Shown here piece after piece: positions 1 through 10,740 of a stretch of 34,111 nt of DNA (within the stretch, counting starts at the first letter, position 1; every line of letters starts with the position of its first letter). The position numbers and the translations under genes were made by a program. The DNA is taken from contig CALSCO010001604.1 in NCBI GenBank assembly GCA_943704415.1, positions 1-34,111 of the forward strand. Reading direction: 5' to 3'. The notes under the pieces are model-generated. The model was not told the origin of the DNA. It saw only the letters and a program-made list of their open reading frames with translations, and ran no database searches. The DNA is from Parvularia atlantis. Its lineage: Eukaryota.

Positions 1-68
1 CCCCCCACACACACACACACGCACACGTCAGCCACCGCAGAGCACCCACGCGCCCGTGACACACGCAC

Positions 69-193
69 GACATCTGCTTGTGCTCGTCGATGATGTGCAG
101 CTTTCCGTCGGCGGTGACGTCGTCGGCTGCCGTGCTGTTGTTGTCGGGCTGCTGCTGCTGCTCCGTGGCGGGTGCACCGTCCGCGTCGGCCAT
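69..193 (-). CDS. First coding exon of a gene running off the left edge; possibly Sey1/RHD3 ER-fusion GTPase
   Basis: ATG at 193 gives MADADGAPATEQQQQPDNNSTAADDVTADGKLHIIDEHKQM, followed by a GTGCGT donor at 68 and a CTGAC branch-like site. LHIIDEHKQ resembles the Sey1 N-terminal IQLIDEEKEF motif. Only about 10 informative residues are visible. Confidence 0.35.
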
Positions 194-218
194 CGCTGCG
201 CGCTGCTTGCTTGCTTGC

Positions 219-221
<3 letters not shown>

Positions 222-253
<32 letters not shown>
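222..253. repeat. (GCT)n/(AGC)n trinucleotide run preceded by (GCTT)n, just upstream of the ATG at 193
   Basis: Directly visible tandem repeat. Confidence 0.9.
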
Positions 254-254
<1 letters not shown>

Positions 255-327
255 ACGGCACACGGCCACGTCAGCGCTCGTGCGTCACCCCCCGCCACAC
301 CCAACGCCTGGCCCGTACCCGTAACTG

Positions 328-2072
328 TCAACCGTGGAGTTTAATGACACCGTACGTTCGCTTGCCCGCGCGCAGCACGAGCGCCGTGCCGCCCAGCAGC
401 AGCGCGGCCTCGTCCACGCGTACCGCCGCCTCGGCCGCGCTGAGTGCCGTCGCGCTGTTGTTGAGGTAGAGCCCGCCGGCCGCCACGATGCGCTTGGCGA
501 CCGCTGCGCGCGCGACCGAGTTAGCATCTGCCGCGTCCTGTGTCGAACGCACTCTTCGACGGCGCCACGCCCGCCAGCACCGCGAGCTCGATGTACGTCG
601 CGCTGAGCACCTTGGCGCGCTCGGCGGTCACGAACGGCACGCCCGCGCCCAGCAGACCCTCGGCCCACTTGTCGCGGTCGCCCTCGCCGCCGCCCGCGCG
701 GCCGTACATGGCCTCGGCGGCGTCGGCGGCCCGGCGCGCCTCGTCGTCTGTGCGCGGCACCGTGAGCACGAGCGGCGTCAAGCAGGCGCGGGCGCACCGC
801 CGTGCACAATGCCCGTCACGTGCTCGGCCAGCGCCTTCTGCGCCGTGCGGCTGCCCGGCTCGTCCTTCTCGCCCGCACGCGCTCGCTGTGAGTGCGTGCG
901 ATGAGCAGCCGGGCGGCCGCGCACCGTCTGCCGCTGCATCAGCTCGTTGATCTCGCCCAGCGGCAGGAACGTGAAGTAGCGCAGCAGGGTCTCGACCTCG
1001 TCGTCCTCGGCGCGCACAAAGTACTGCGCGTGAGCCGACGACGGTCGACGGCGCGGCAACCATGCACACAAGCAGGCGCACCTGGTACAGGTCAAAGGGC
1101 TTGGTCATGTCGGGCGCGAGCCAGACGGCGTTGCCGGCGCTCTTGCCAAACTTGTTGCCGGCCTTGTCGACGACAAGCGGCAGGGTCATGCCGAACGCCT
1201 GGAGGCACGCCGCGATGAGCCGCAGACGATGGCCGCCTGCGCGCACACGCCTCGGCGCCGCTCAGGCGGTGGATGAGGTCGATGCCAGCGGTGATGTTGC
1301 CCCACTGGTCGCTGCCGCCGAGCTGGAGCACGCAGCCCTCGTGCTTGTGCAGGTGGTAGAAGTCGTACGCCTGGAAGAGCTGGTACGTGAACTCGGCGAA
1401 GCTGATGCCGGCCTCGGTCTCCATGCGCGCGCGCACGCTGCGTCGCCGTGAGCGGGTGCTACACTGGTCCATGCGCGTGCGTGCGCACGCACCTCTCTCT
1501 CCCGAGCATCGCTGAGACGCGCGCGTGCCGCCCGACGCTGCTGACAAAGTCGAGCACGGACGTGGCGCGGTAAATGTCGGCGTTGTTGACAAAGGCGAGC
1601 GCGCCCAGCCCGTGCTGCGCGCCCGCCCGCTGCCGCGCGAAGATGCTGGCCAGCTGCCGCTCGATGCGCGCCGCGTTGGCCGCGACGGCCGCCTGCTCCT
1701 GCTGCGGCCGCTCGGTCGCGCGTCCGCTTGGGTCGCCGATGAGCCCGGTCGCGCCGCCGATCTGCGCGTGCGCGTGAGCGCGGCTGCGTGTCTGCGCACG
1801 AACGGACGCGCACCAGCGCCACGACGCGGTGGCCCATCGCGCGGAAGCGCATCAGCGTCACGACCGCGAGCAGGTTGCCCACATGCAGCGACGGCGCCGT
1901 CGGGTCAAAGCCGCAGTAGAGCGCCAGCGGCGTCTCGCATCGGGCCTCGAGCGCGGACCTGTTGCGCGCGTGAGCCGCGCCGCGCCGCGTCGCGGCGTGT
2001 GGGCCGGGCGACGCACGTGGTCACCGCCGCGATCAGCCCGCGCCGCCGCAGCTGCCCGAACAGGATCGACAT
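328..2072 (-). CDS. YARS2: Tyrosyl-tRNA synthetase, bacterial/mitochondrial type (9 exons)
   Basis: The spliced product has [17 protein letters not shown] (HIGH motif), [54 protein letters not shown] (KMSKS motif) and a C-terminal S4-like domain ending [15 protein letters not shown]. There are 8 introns, one of them GC-AG (1199-1250). Confidence 0.95.
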
Positions 2073-2082
2073 TGTTGCTTCA

Positions 2083-2216
2083 AAAGTCAGGGCAAAGTCA
2101 GGGCGCAGAAGCGGGAGCTGGTGGTACAGGTCGCAGTCTAAGAGGGACTTTTCAGGGGGAAGCGGGATGGAAGCGGGGCGGGGGAGCGGGGCGGAAGCGG
2201 GGCGGAAGCGGGGAGC
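2083..2216. promoter_or_regulatory. Candidate TyrRS promoter: AAAGTCAGGGC direct repeat plus a cluster of G(A)AGCGGG repeats
   Basis: AAAGTCAGGGC occurs twice (2083-2093, 2094-2104). Several GGAAGCGGG/GGAGCGGG units lie at about 2158-2216, immediately upstream of the ATG at 2072. The function is inferred from position only. Confidence 0.4.
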
Positions 2217-2315
2217 GCGTACCTGCGCGCGGAGGGCAAGGGGAGCGAGGGACGTTTTTTTTTTTCGTCTCTTCGTCGTAGCTTGTAAAATCGCCGTCGT
2301 CGTTCCGAAACATCC

Positions 2316-3970
2316 TCAGTCGTAGTCGTCCATGCCCGAGTCGTCGGCCTCGTTGCCGCTGTCGTTGAGGTGCATCTGCGGCACAATGCGCGGCGACGAG
2401 ACGGTCGAGCCGGCGGCCTCGCTGAAAGCGGCGGCCGACATGGGGCTCGTGCAGCCGGCGTAGCGCAGCTGGAAGGTGGAGCAGGTGCCCAGCTCGTTCT
2501 GCAGCAGGCTGACGCACTGGTTGAGCTGACTCTGCGGGGCGCGCGTGAGCACACATGCAGCCGCGCGTGCGTGAGCAGCACGCGCACCTCGGGCAGCTCG
2601 TCGGGCGGCAGGCAGCTGCGGACGGCGTGGAGCCCGTCGAGGCAGTAGAGGAACAGGTCCTGCGGCATGTACTCGAAGGCGCAGTGCACGACGGCGAGGG
2701 CCACGACGGGCAGGCGGTGGTGCTGCACGGCGATCGAGCGGAAGGCGTGCATGGCGATGTCCGACACGAGCTCAGCCAGCATCTCGATGCAGTCGTTCGG
2801 CACGGCAAACAGGGGCACGACGTGGCTGAGGGCGACGAACAGGTTCGCGGCGCCGAGGCGGCCGCCGTCGAGGCGCGAGATGATCAGGCCCTCCATCTTG
2901 AGCGCGGTGCGGAGGTTGAGCACCCCGGGCATGCACATGACCGGCGCCGTCATGTCCATCAGCTGACGCAGCGACAGCCGCACGTCCGACTTGTGCACGT
3001 CCTTGTACGACATAAACCAGCAGACGAGTCCGCAGAGCAGGTACTCGTCGTTGCGCAGCGGGCGCCGCGCGGCGATCCGGTCGAGCCAGTTGGTCGCCTG
3101 CGATAGCACCTCGGGCCGCGTCACGTACAAGTCGCTCAGCTGCGCGGCGCACGCGATCAGGCCCGGCCCGCTGCGGCAGAGCGCCGGGGCGCACACCTCC
3201 ATCATCATCGTTGTGATGGTGTGCCGGTGCACAGCCGTGACGCTCTCGCCGCCGTAACCCGCAATAAGGTCGGCGTGGTACTGCCGCGCGAGCTTGAAGA
3301 TCGTGGCCAGCTCGGCCTCGGTCTCGTCCGCGCCGACGTACTGCTGGCGCAGGCACATGTCCACGAGGTCCTGGGCGAGGGGGACGCGCAGCCGCGTGTG
3401 GCAGGCGGCGCAGCACGGCTCAGTCTCCGCGCGCCACGACAGCGCCGGGTGCAGCAGCATGCTCGTCGGCTCGCTCGCAAACAGGTGGTGCAGAGGCACG
3501 CCCCTGCGGCACGGCGGGCGTGAGCAACGAGGCGGAAATTTCCCCGCGCGACATGCGCCCACGCACTCGTCAAGGTCGATCGGCTCGACCGACGTGCTGC
3601 GCACGGAGCTGTAGCCGCTGTTGGAGGCCGAGTCCTGCGACGGCACAAGCGTGTGACGGCAGGTGCGGGTCGAGGCGGCTTCGTCAATGTGAATGTCGTT
3701 CTGGTCGCGCAGGACGGGCGGACTCGGGCAGACTTGCCCCGCGGGCGAGAGCGAGCGGTAGATCTCGCTCGAGACGGTGGCGGCAGCGCTGGCGGCAAGC
3801 CGGTCGCTCATGCGCCGCTTCTTGGGCGGCGGCCCCGTTGGTGTCGCTGCTGCTGCTGCGGACGCGGCGGCGAAGGTCGCGGGCGACAGGCAGATCCAGC
3901 TGTCGTCAAAAGTCTCGTTGGCGCGCAGGTCCAGCAGGTCGCGCTTGGTGCCCAGGCTCGTCTGGGCCAT
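2316..3970 (-). CDS. Divergent cyclin-box protein (4 exons)
   Basis: HRHTITTMMME|LSDLYVTRPEVLSQATNWLDRIAARRPLRNDEYLLCGLVCWFMSYK...LKMEGLIISRL follows the cyclin-N fold pattern (LDR, conserved K and E). A second helical cyclin-C-like segment follows, and there is an NLS (PPKKRR). It has 3 GT-AG introns and ends DDYD*. The subfamily cannot be assigned. Confidence 0.75.
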
Positions 3971-4649
3971 GCGGCGGCTCGTGAATGGAGGGAATCGCGA
4001 GGGAGGTCGAGCGCTGAGGGGGGGAAAATCGGCGCGCGCTCGGGCGGCGATAGAAGATAGACGCGGCTGCGGGGCACGTCCGCGGCTCGACCAGGGACGG
4101 GACGAGGGTCGCGGCCGTTGACGCAGGAGGGAAGGCCAAAAAGAGGGAAGGAGGGGGAGAAAAAAAAGGGTGAAGGTGAGAGGGCCTCGTGCGACGGCGG
4201 CCGGCTGCTCGACGTCGCTGACGACGAGGGCCCTGTGCGCGCGCGCCGTGCCGCGGTCAGGAATCGGCGGGATTCCGTGCGGCGCCGGCACGGCAGGTGC
4301 GCGTGAGGGGCGCGGGCGGGCACAAGAGCGGTGAGCGGAAGAGGCGCGAGGGCGAGGCGGGAAAGGAGGGTGCGGGCGATAAAAAGAGAAGCGGGTGAAT
4401 GGTCGACTGGAGGGAGACGGTCGACTGGAGGCGCGCGAAGCAGCACGGTGACCGGCGCCACAGCGCAGCGGGAGGAGGAGGCGGTGCGGTGCGCAGCCAG
4501 CGGGAGCCCAGCGCCACGTCGTCGTCGGCGGCGGCGGCGTGGTGGGTGATGTTGTGCGACGAGAAAAAAAATCGGCGCGCACACGGCGAGGGGACGGCGC
4601 TGAGGAGCAACGCCGCGAAGAAAAAGGAGGCCGGGCGTGGGCAGCACAG

Positions 4650-5100
4650 TTTTTTCGCGTACAACGGCGCGCGCCCGAGACGCATGCGCTGCCGCGGGGC
4701 AGAGCCTGGCCGGCGTGCGAAGCGAGCGCGCGTGTGACACGCGACGAGCAAGGTGAATGGGGCAAGGCGCCAAAAAGTGAGGCCTGCCAATGGGCGTTCG
4801 CCGGTGGATCTCGTGGCGTGCGCCTGGGAATGGGAGAAACCTCCTCATTTCGGCGCATCGGAATGTGTTGGCATGCGGCGGCTCGGTCATCGGCACGCGT
4901 GCGCATCCGCGCGCTCGGCCCGCGGCGCAAAAGACAGGCGCCGCGCACGGGCCGGGCCAGGTCGCGTCACACGGCCGGCGCCAGGGGCAGCAAATCCGCG
5001 ATTGGCCGAGATTGTTTCAGCTCTGGCGTGATCGGAAACCGGTGTCTCAGATCCTGGCCGTGACGTCACACTGTTCCGCGCGGCGGCCGGGGGACCAATC
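4650..5100. promoter_or_regulatory. Bidirectional cyclin/PRCC promoter with E2F/SCB-like sites, CCAAT boxes and a CRE palindrome
   Basis: Visible motifs: TTTTTCGCGT 4651-4660; GGCGCCAAAAA 4766-4776 (reverse complement TTTGGCGC); CCAAT at about 4787 and 5096; ATTGG 5001-5005; GTGACGTCAC 5060-5069. Confidence 0.5.
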
Positions 5101-5104
5101 ACGG

Positions 5105-6355
5105 ATGTCGCTCGTGGCCGACTACGGCTCAGACTCGGATGAGGACGGGACCGCGCCCGCATCCGCCGCGCCCGCGCCCGCCGCGCCCGCTGCACCGGCG
5201 GGGCCCAGACGCGTGCGCATCGTCGCGTCGGAGCTGCGCGCGCTCGGCCGTGCCGATGACGACGACAACGACGACGCGATGGCTCGCAAGCGCGCGCGGC
5301 TCCTCGCCACGGCGGCCGGCGGCGGCGGCGCGCGCTCGGGCCTGGCCGCGCTGCTCCCGCCGCCCAGGGTCGTCAGTGGCACGCTGCCGCCGCGCGCACC
5401 GGCCGATGCCGCGCCCCCGTCGCGCGCGAACGTGCTTGTGCCCGACAGCGTGCGCCGGCGGCAAACGCCCGCCGCATCGTCACGCGCCGCGCCCGTCGCG
5501 CCGGTCGCGCCGGCCGTGGCGGACGACGACGATGCGGACGCGGACGGCGACGAGGCGGATGACGCGGGCGACGGCGACGCGTCTGCCGCGCCGTTCTTCA
5601 GCCTGCCCGCGCCCGTCAACCGCGCGGCGGCACACGACGTCCCGGCGCCACCGCCCGCGCCCGTCGCCGCTGCCACCGTGAGCGGTGCACCGGCCGTCGG
5701 ACCCGCGCCACCGCCCTCGCCGTACGCCGTCGACCCGTACGCCTACACCTACGCCTACAGCTACCCGGAGGCGCCCGCGGAGGACCCGGCAGCGGCGGCG
5801 GCGGCAATGGCGCAGTATTACGCGGCGATGCAGCAGTACTACGCGCAGCTGCAGCCCAGCCAGCCCGATGAGGCCGAGGAGGCCGAGTCGGCGAGCAAGG
5901 ACAAGGACAAGGACAAGGCCAAGGACGACCCGAACGACCCGGTGCACGCGCTCTGCCGCATGCCCCGCTCCTGCTCGCGCTGACCCGCCTCACACACCTG
6001 GGCAGATGAGCTTCGTGCACGAGCGCAAGCTGCGCGACATGCCCATGCATGTGATCGACATCAACCAAGACGACCAGATCGACATCACCAACGTGCCCGA
6101 GCCCGAGCGCCAGCCCGACTCGGCGTTCCGCGTGGTGCGTCCGCCCGCTCGCCCCGCGCGCCCGTCACAAACGCTGACAGCGGGGCGCTGCAGGCCAAGT
6201 CGCTCCAGAACGTCGCACCGACGCGCGAGCAAAAGACGCGGCACCACATCACCTGGCTGGCCAAGTTCGCCATCGACAAGGAGCGCGACATTGCCGAGCG
6301 TCGCGCGCAGGGGCTCAAGTCCAAGCGCGAGACACAGGCGCGCTACGGTTTCTAG
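5105..6355 (+). CDS. PRCC: PRCC-like proline-rich protein (3 exons)
   Basis: N-terminal MSLVADYGSDSDE and LAALLPPP motifs, and a C-terminal region HVIDINQDDQ...KTRHHITWLAKFAIDKERDI...SKRETQARYGF*, all typical of PRCC. Two GT-AG introns. Confidence 0.85.
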
Positions 6356-6399
6356 TGCCCCGTGTACGTTGTACGGCCTGCAAGAGGAGAGCACACGCC

Positions 6400-9183
6400 T
6401 CACGCCCCGATGCGCTCGCCCGCGTCCGCGCCGAGCAGCGTCACGACCTCCTCGGGCGAGCGCACGATGAGCGTGGCCGGGAACTCGTACAGGTTGGCCG
6501 GGAGGAACACAGCGTCGACGAGGGCGCTGCGCGCGCATCAGCAAACGGCGCGAACGGCACGCTTGAGCCGCACCGGTACGCCGCCGCAAACTGCTGCACC
6601 GCGCGCTGCCCGATCTGCCGGCCCAACCGCGTCGATGACACGCCCTTGTGCACAAAGGCCTCGGGCGTTAGGCTGAACAGGTTGGCATGGAAGCCCTCGA
6701 GCTGCACCGCCAGCGAGCGCGAGTCCATGCCCGGCACGCGCGACAGCGGGATCGGGCTGGGCGAGGCGCGGTTGCGCTCCATCGCATCCAGCAGCACGTG
6801 CAGGCCGACGGTGCGCAGCAGTGCCTGGGCACGCTCGTGCGCCGCCGCCTCAACGTGCTTCTCGATGTCGGTCTCGAGCGCTTGTGCGCGCCGTGATGTG
6901 AACGGGAACAGCACCAGGGCGTTCTGCCACAGCGCGCGCGGCTGAGCACGCAAACACGCTCGTCTGCGCGCACGGCCGCACCTGGATCGAATGCAGCACG
7001 TTGATCTGGAACACCTCGCCTTCGACTTTGCCGAGCGACGCGGCCGTGGCCAGGGCGAGCTGCGCGTGCGCGGGCCCGCCGTGAGCTGCATGTGCACCGT
7101 GTGCGTAGCGCGCCCACACCTGCTTGACCGGGTTAAGTACCGCGTCCACGACCGGTGCGATCTCGGCCTCGCGCTGCTCCGTCGGCACCAGCGACACGTC
7201 AAACGACGCGAGGACTTGTTTCTGCGAGCGCAACGTCGGCGACTGCGGCCCAGCACGCCTACACACTTGCACACCAGCTGGTCGAGTGTCTCCAGCACGA
7301 CGGTGAGTGTCGCGAGGTCGGACGGAGTCGACGGCTGCGCGCACCCACATGTCAAGCCACGCGCGGCAATGCGCCACCCCGTGCCGCCACAAACCGGCAG
7401 CGGTGCACGCAGCAGCCGGTTGACCTGCACGCTAATGCCGTCGAAGAACACCTTGAACGCCGACTGCGTGAGCCTGGCAATAGCGCGCACGCAGGCTCAG
7501 TGCGGTCGCCGTCGCACGTGCGCCGAGACACGCACTCGTTCAGCGTTCGGATCAGCCGTCCACCCGACCCGACGATGCGCTCGATCGTCGTGGAGTAGAA
7601 GCGCAACAGGTGCGACAGCTGGAAGGCCACGAGCGTCTCGGGCTGCGCGACGAGCAGCTGATCCACGCGGACCTTGAGCGGCCGCCCGACGCCCTCGGAA
7701 ATCGTGTCAAGCCACTGCATCATGAACGGGTCGGGCTGAGCCCACGCCGCGCCAAAGGTCCCGCCTGCCAGCCGCGTCAGCACGCGGTGCGTGACAGGGC
7801 AGCCTTGTGGCGCACTCGTTGTGCGCTCGATGCGCTGCGACGAAGGGCCGTTGGGCGCCGCGCCGCTCGCCTGGTGCTCGTTGATCAGGCTCTCAAGCAT
7901 CTCGCTGCGCGTGTGCGTACGTCACACACGTGCGCGTACGCCGTGCAGCCGTCACACGCACCGCTCCGACGCAAGCGCCTGGTGCAGCCACGCGAGCATG
8001 TCGCTCACGTAGCGCATGGGGTCGTGTGCGTGCAGCTCGATCGGCCGCGGCGTGCCGCCAGGCCCGCCTACGCGTCCGCAATCTCAAGGTCAAGACAAAC
8101 ACAGCGGCCGCCCGCACCCTTGGTCAGCGCGTCGATAAACATCTGCGCGAGCACTGAGCGGCGCGCGTTGCAGACCTCGTCGACGCACGATCTGCGCGAA
8201 CACCTCGAATGAACACGGCATGGCTCAGCACAAGCGGCACGCACGACTTGAGCACGGGCCGGTCGTGCAGCGCCGCCATCGCGCGCTGATGCAAGATTGT
8301 CACGTCGGGCGAGGGCCGCGAAAACATCTTGGCCTCGCTCTGCATCCACCGGTAGAGCTTCTCAAACGCGGCCTCCTGGTACATCGCCAGGCTCTCCATG
8401 ATCTCGAGGCTGGCACGTACGTGAGCACCGCGCTCCTGTGATGACCACGGCAGCGCGCGCACCCGGCCTGCTGGTGCTCGCCCAGCAACAGCGTCTTGCA
8501 CTCGCTGTTGATCGCTCGCACGCGCTCGAGCACGTCAAAGAACTCGAGCCGCAGCTCCTTCGCGCCTGTGATCACCTGGATCTGCTCGGGCGTGAGCGTG
8601 AAGCGCTCGACAAAGGCGCTGACGACGCGCTTGCGCTCGAGGACCATGTCGCTGGGTACGGCCGCGCTGGCGTGAGCGTTCTGTGCAAGACGCGACGGGC
8701 GGCGCGGCACCGCTCGCGCGTCAGAATCGACGTCTGCTCGAGCAGCTGCGACGTCTGCTTGCGCGCGTCCGCGAGGCGCTCCTGCATCGTGCCGCACAAC
8801 CGGCTCAGCGCGCTGATGTCGTCGTCGATGCGCGCCATTTCCTGCAAACGCGGGCGCGCTCAGCCACGGCGCCCGCTCTGGGCCGCACGCGCGCGCGCCG
8901 CACGTCGTTCACACGGCCCATCGCGTCGAGAAACTGCCGGTTGAGCGCGGCGCCGCGGCGGTCGATGTCGCCGCGCAGGTTGCGCCTGCTCTTGAGCGAG
9001 TTCTCGCCGTAGAACGCGGCCAGCGCGTCCAGCGCCGTGAGCATCTGCGCGCCGCCCCTGCCGTCATCCCGCGATCTGCGACGTCCAGCACGCAGATCGC
9101 GCGACCTCCGGGTTGTCGAGGCGCGTCTCGAGCACCTTGCCGAGCTTGCGCGCGAGCGGGTTCGCGCCGCCCTGCGCCGCCAT
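6400..9183 (-). CDS. COG6: Conserved oligomeric Golgi complex subunit 6 (about 15 exons)
   Basis: [52 protein letters not shown] and [42 protein letters not shown] are COG6 signatures. All 14 inferred introns are GT-AG. Confidence 0.93.
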
Positions 9184-9244
9184 CACAACGGCCTGGCTGG
9201 GAAACGGGTTCGTGACAAAAAGTGTCACACTTTCGACGCTCGAC
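9184..9244. promoter_or_regulatory. 61-bp divergent interval between the COG6 and SNF5 start codons, with overlapping dyad elements
   Basis: GTGACA-N5-TGTCAC (9212-9228) overlaps AAAGTGT-C-ACACTTT (9219-9233) in an AT-rich island. Confidence 0.5.
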
Positions 9245-10687
9245 ATGTCGGCGCCTGATGCGCCGTCAGCGGCGGCCGCATCGGGGCGCGGCGGCACCGG
9301 CGGCGGCGGCGGCGGCAGCGCGCTGTTCGACGACGGCGCGTTCGCAGACGAGCCGTTCATGCTGTGGGAACCGCACTCGGGCGTGGCGGCCGGGGTGGCG
9401 CCCGGCGCGGTGCAGCCGCATCAGCACGACGATGCGGACGAGACGCAACCGTCAGGTGCGCGTCGCGGCGTCCTGCCGACGATGCGCGCGCGGCTGACGC
9501 GGGTGCAGCGGCAGCAGGCGACGTGCTGCAGGCGCGCGACCTGTTCGGCATCCTCCCGCCCGAGGCGGCCGACGGTGAGCACGGGGCCGCCGTGGGATCG
9601 CGGTGCTGACACGCGCCGCCGTTGCAGCGCGACAAGCGGCGCAACAGCCGGCCAAGCAGCCGCAGCAGCCGCCGCAGCCCGAGGCCAAGAGCATCTTCGT
9701 CTTCCGCTTCGAGGCGCCCGACCAGCCTGGGTTCGCGTGGGTGCACCAGGTCGAGCAGGCGCTGGGCGTGCGCCTGAGCGAGATGCTCAACCTCGTGCCC
9801 AACCTGGTCGTGCACTCGGCCTCGGCCGCCGAGCGCCATGCTATCCTCGTCTACCGCCGCGACCATCCCGAATTCCACAAGGGCAAGCTGCCCAACATCG
9901 TCTCGCTCATGCCCGAACACAGCATCTCAACGCTCATGGCCAGAGAGCACGTCATGTGGAACGTGCCCGTGCGGCCGCTCGTGCGCATCGTAGACGTCTC
10001 GGGGGCGTACCATGAGCGCCAGGACCTGACCTGCTCCGCCGCCATTGACCACGCAAGAGCCCGGGCTGCGCGCCCGATGCCGCCGCAAGCACAGCAGCCG
10101 TACCGGCCCTACCCGCAGCAGCAGCCTCAGCAGCAGCAACAGCAACAACAACAACAACAACAACAACCGCCGCCGCCGCTGACGTACCAGCCGGCCGCGC
10201 AGCACGTCTTCCCGGGGCCGATCCCGTCGCGGCACACGTACGACCACCTGTCGTCGGGGCCAGCGCCGCAGAGGCGCCCGCCGTACGTGCCGCCGCCAGG
10301 CCTGGCCCAACCTCAGCAGCAGCAACAGCAGCACCAGTACATCTCGCCAATGCCTCCGCAGACCCAGCAGACGCAGACGTCGCCGTACCGCGGGCTGATG
10401 CCGACGCAGCAGCCGATGCCGACACAGCAGATGCTTCTGCAGCAGCAGCAACATCAACAGCAGCAGCAGCAACAACAGCGGCTGTACCAGCAGCAGGCGG
10501 CGTCGGCGCAGCAGCAACGGCTCTACCAGGCACAGCTCGCCCAGCAGCGCCTCATGCAACAGAAGCCACCAGCAGCCGCCTTGCCACAAGCGCAGCAGCA
10601 GATGCAGCCCCCGCCGCTGACACAGCAGCAGCAGCAACAACAAATGCACCAGCAGCAGCAGCAGTTGCACCAGCAGCAGCAGCGGTT

Positions 10688-10740
<53 letters not shown>

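Noticed and set aside
1..27. C/CA-rich window start as a telomeric repeat
   Set aside because: It is a short (CA)n tract inside the inferred first intron of the leftmost gene.
2138..4948. 936-aa ORF taken as a single uninterrupted protein
   Set aside because: It reads through upstream non-coding sequence and stop-free in-frame introns, and changes frame at the last intron. The cyclin is better modelled as 3970-2316.
9070..9101. 11-bp perfect hairpin (CGCGATCTGCG-N10-CGCAGATCGCG) in COG6 intron 1 as a MITE or terminator
   Set aside because: It is a single short copy with no target-site duplication seen, and is plausible by chance in GC-rich DNA. At most it is a local intron structure.
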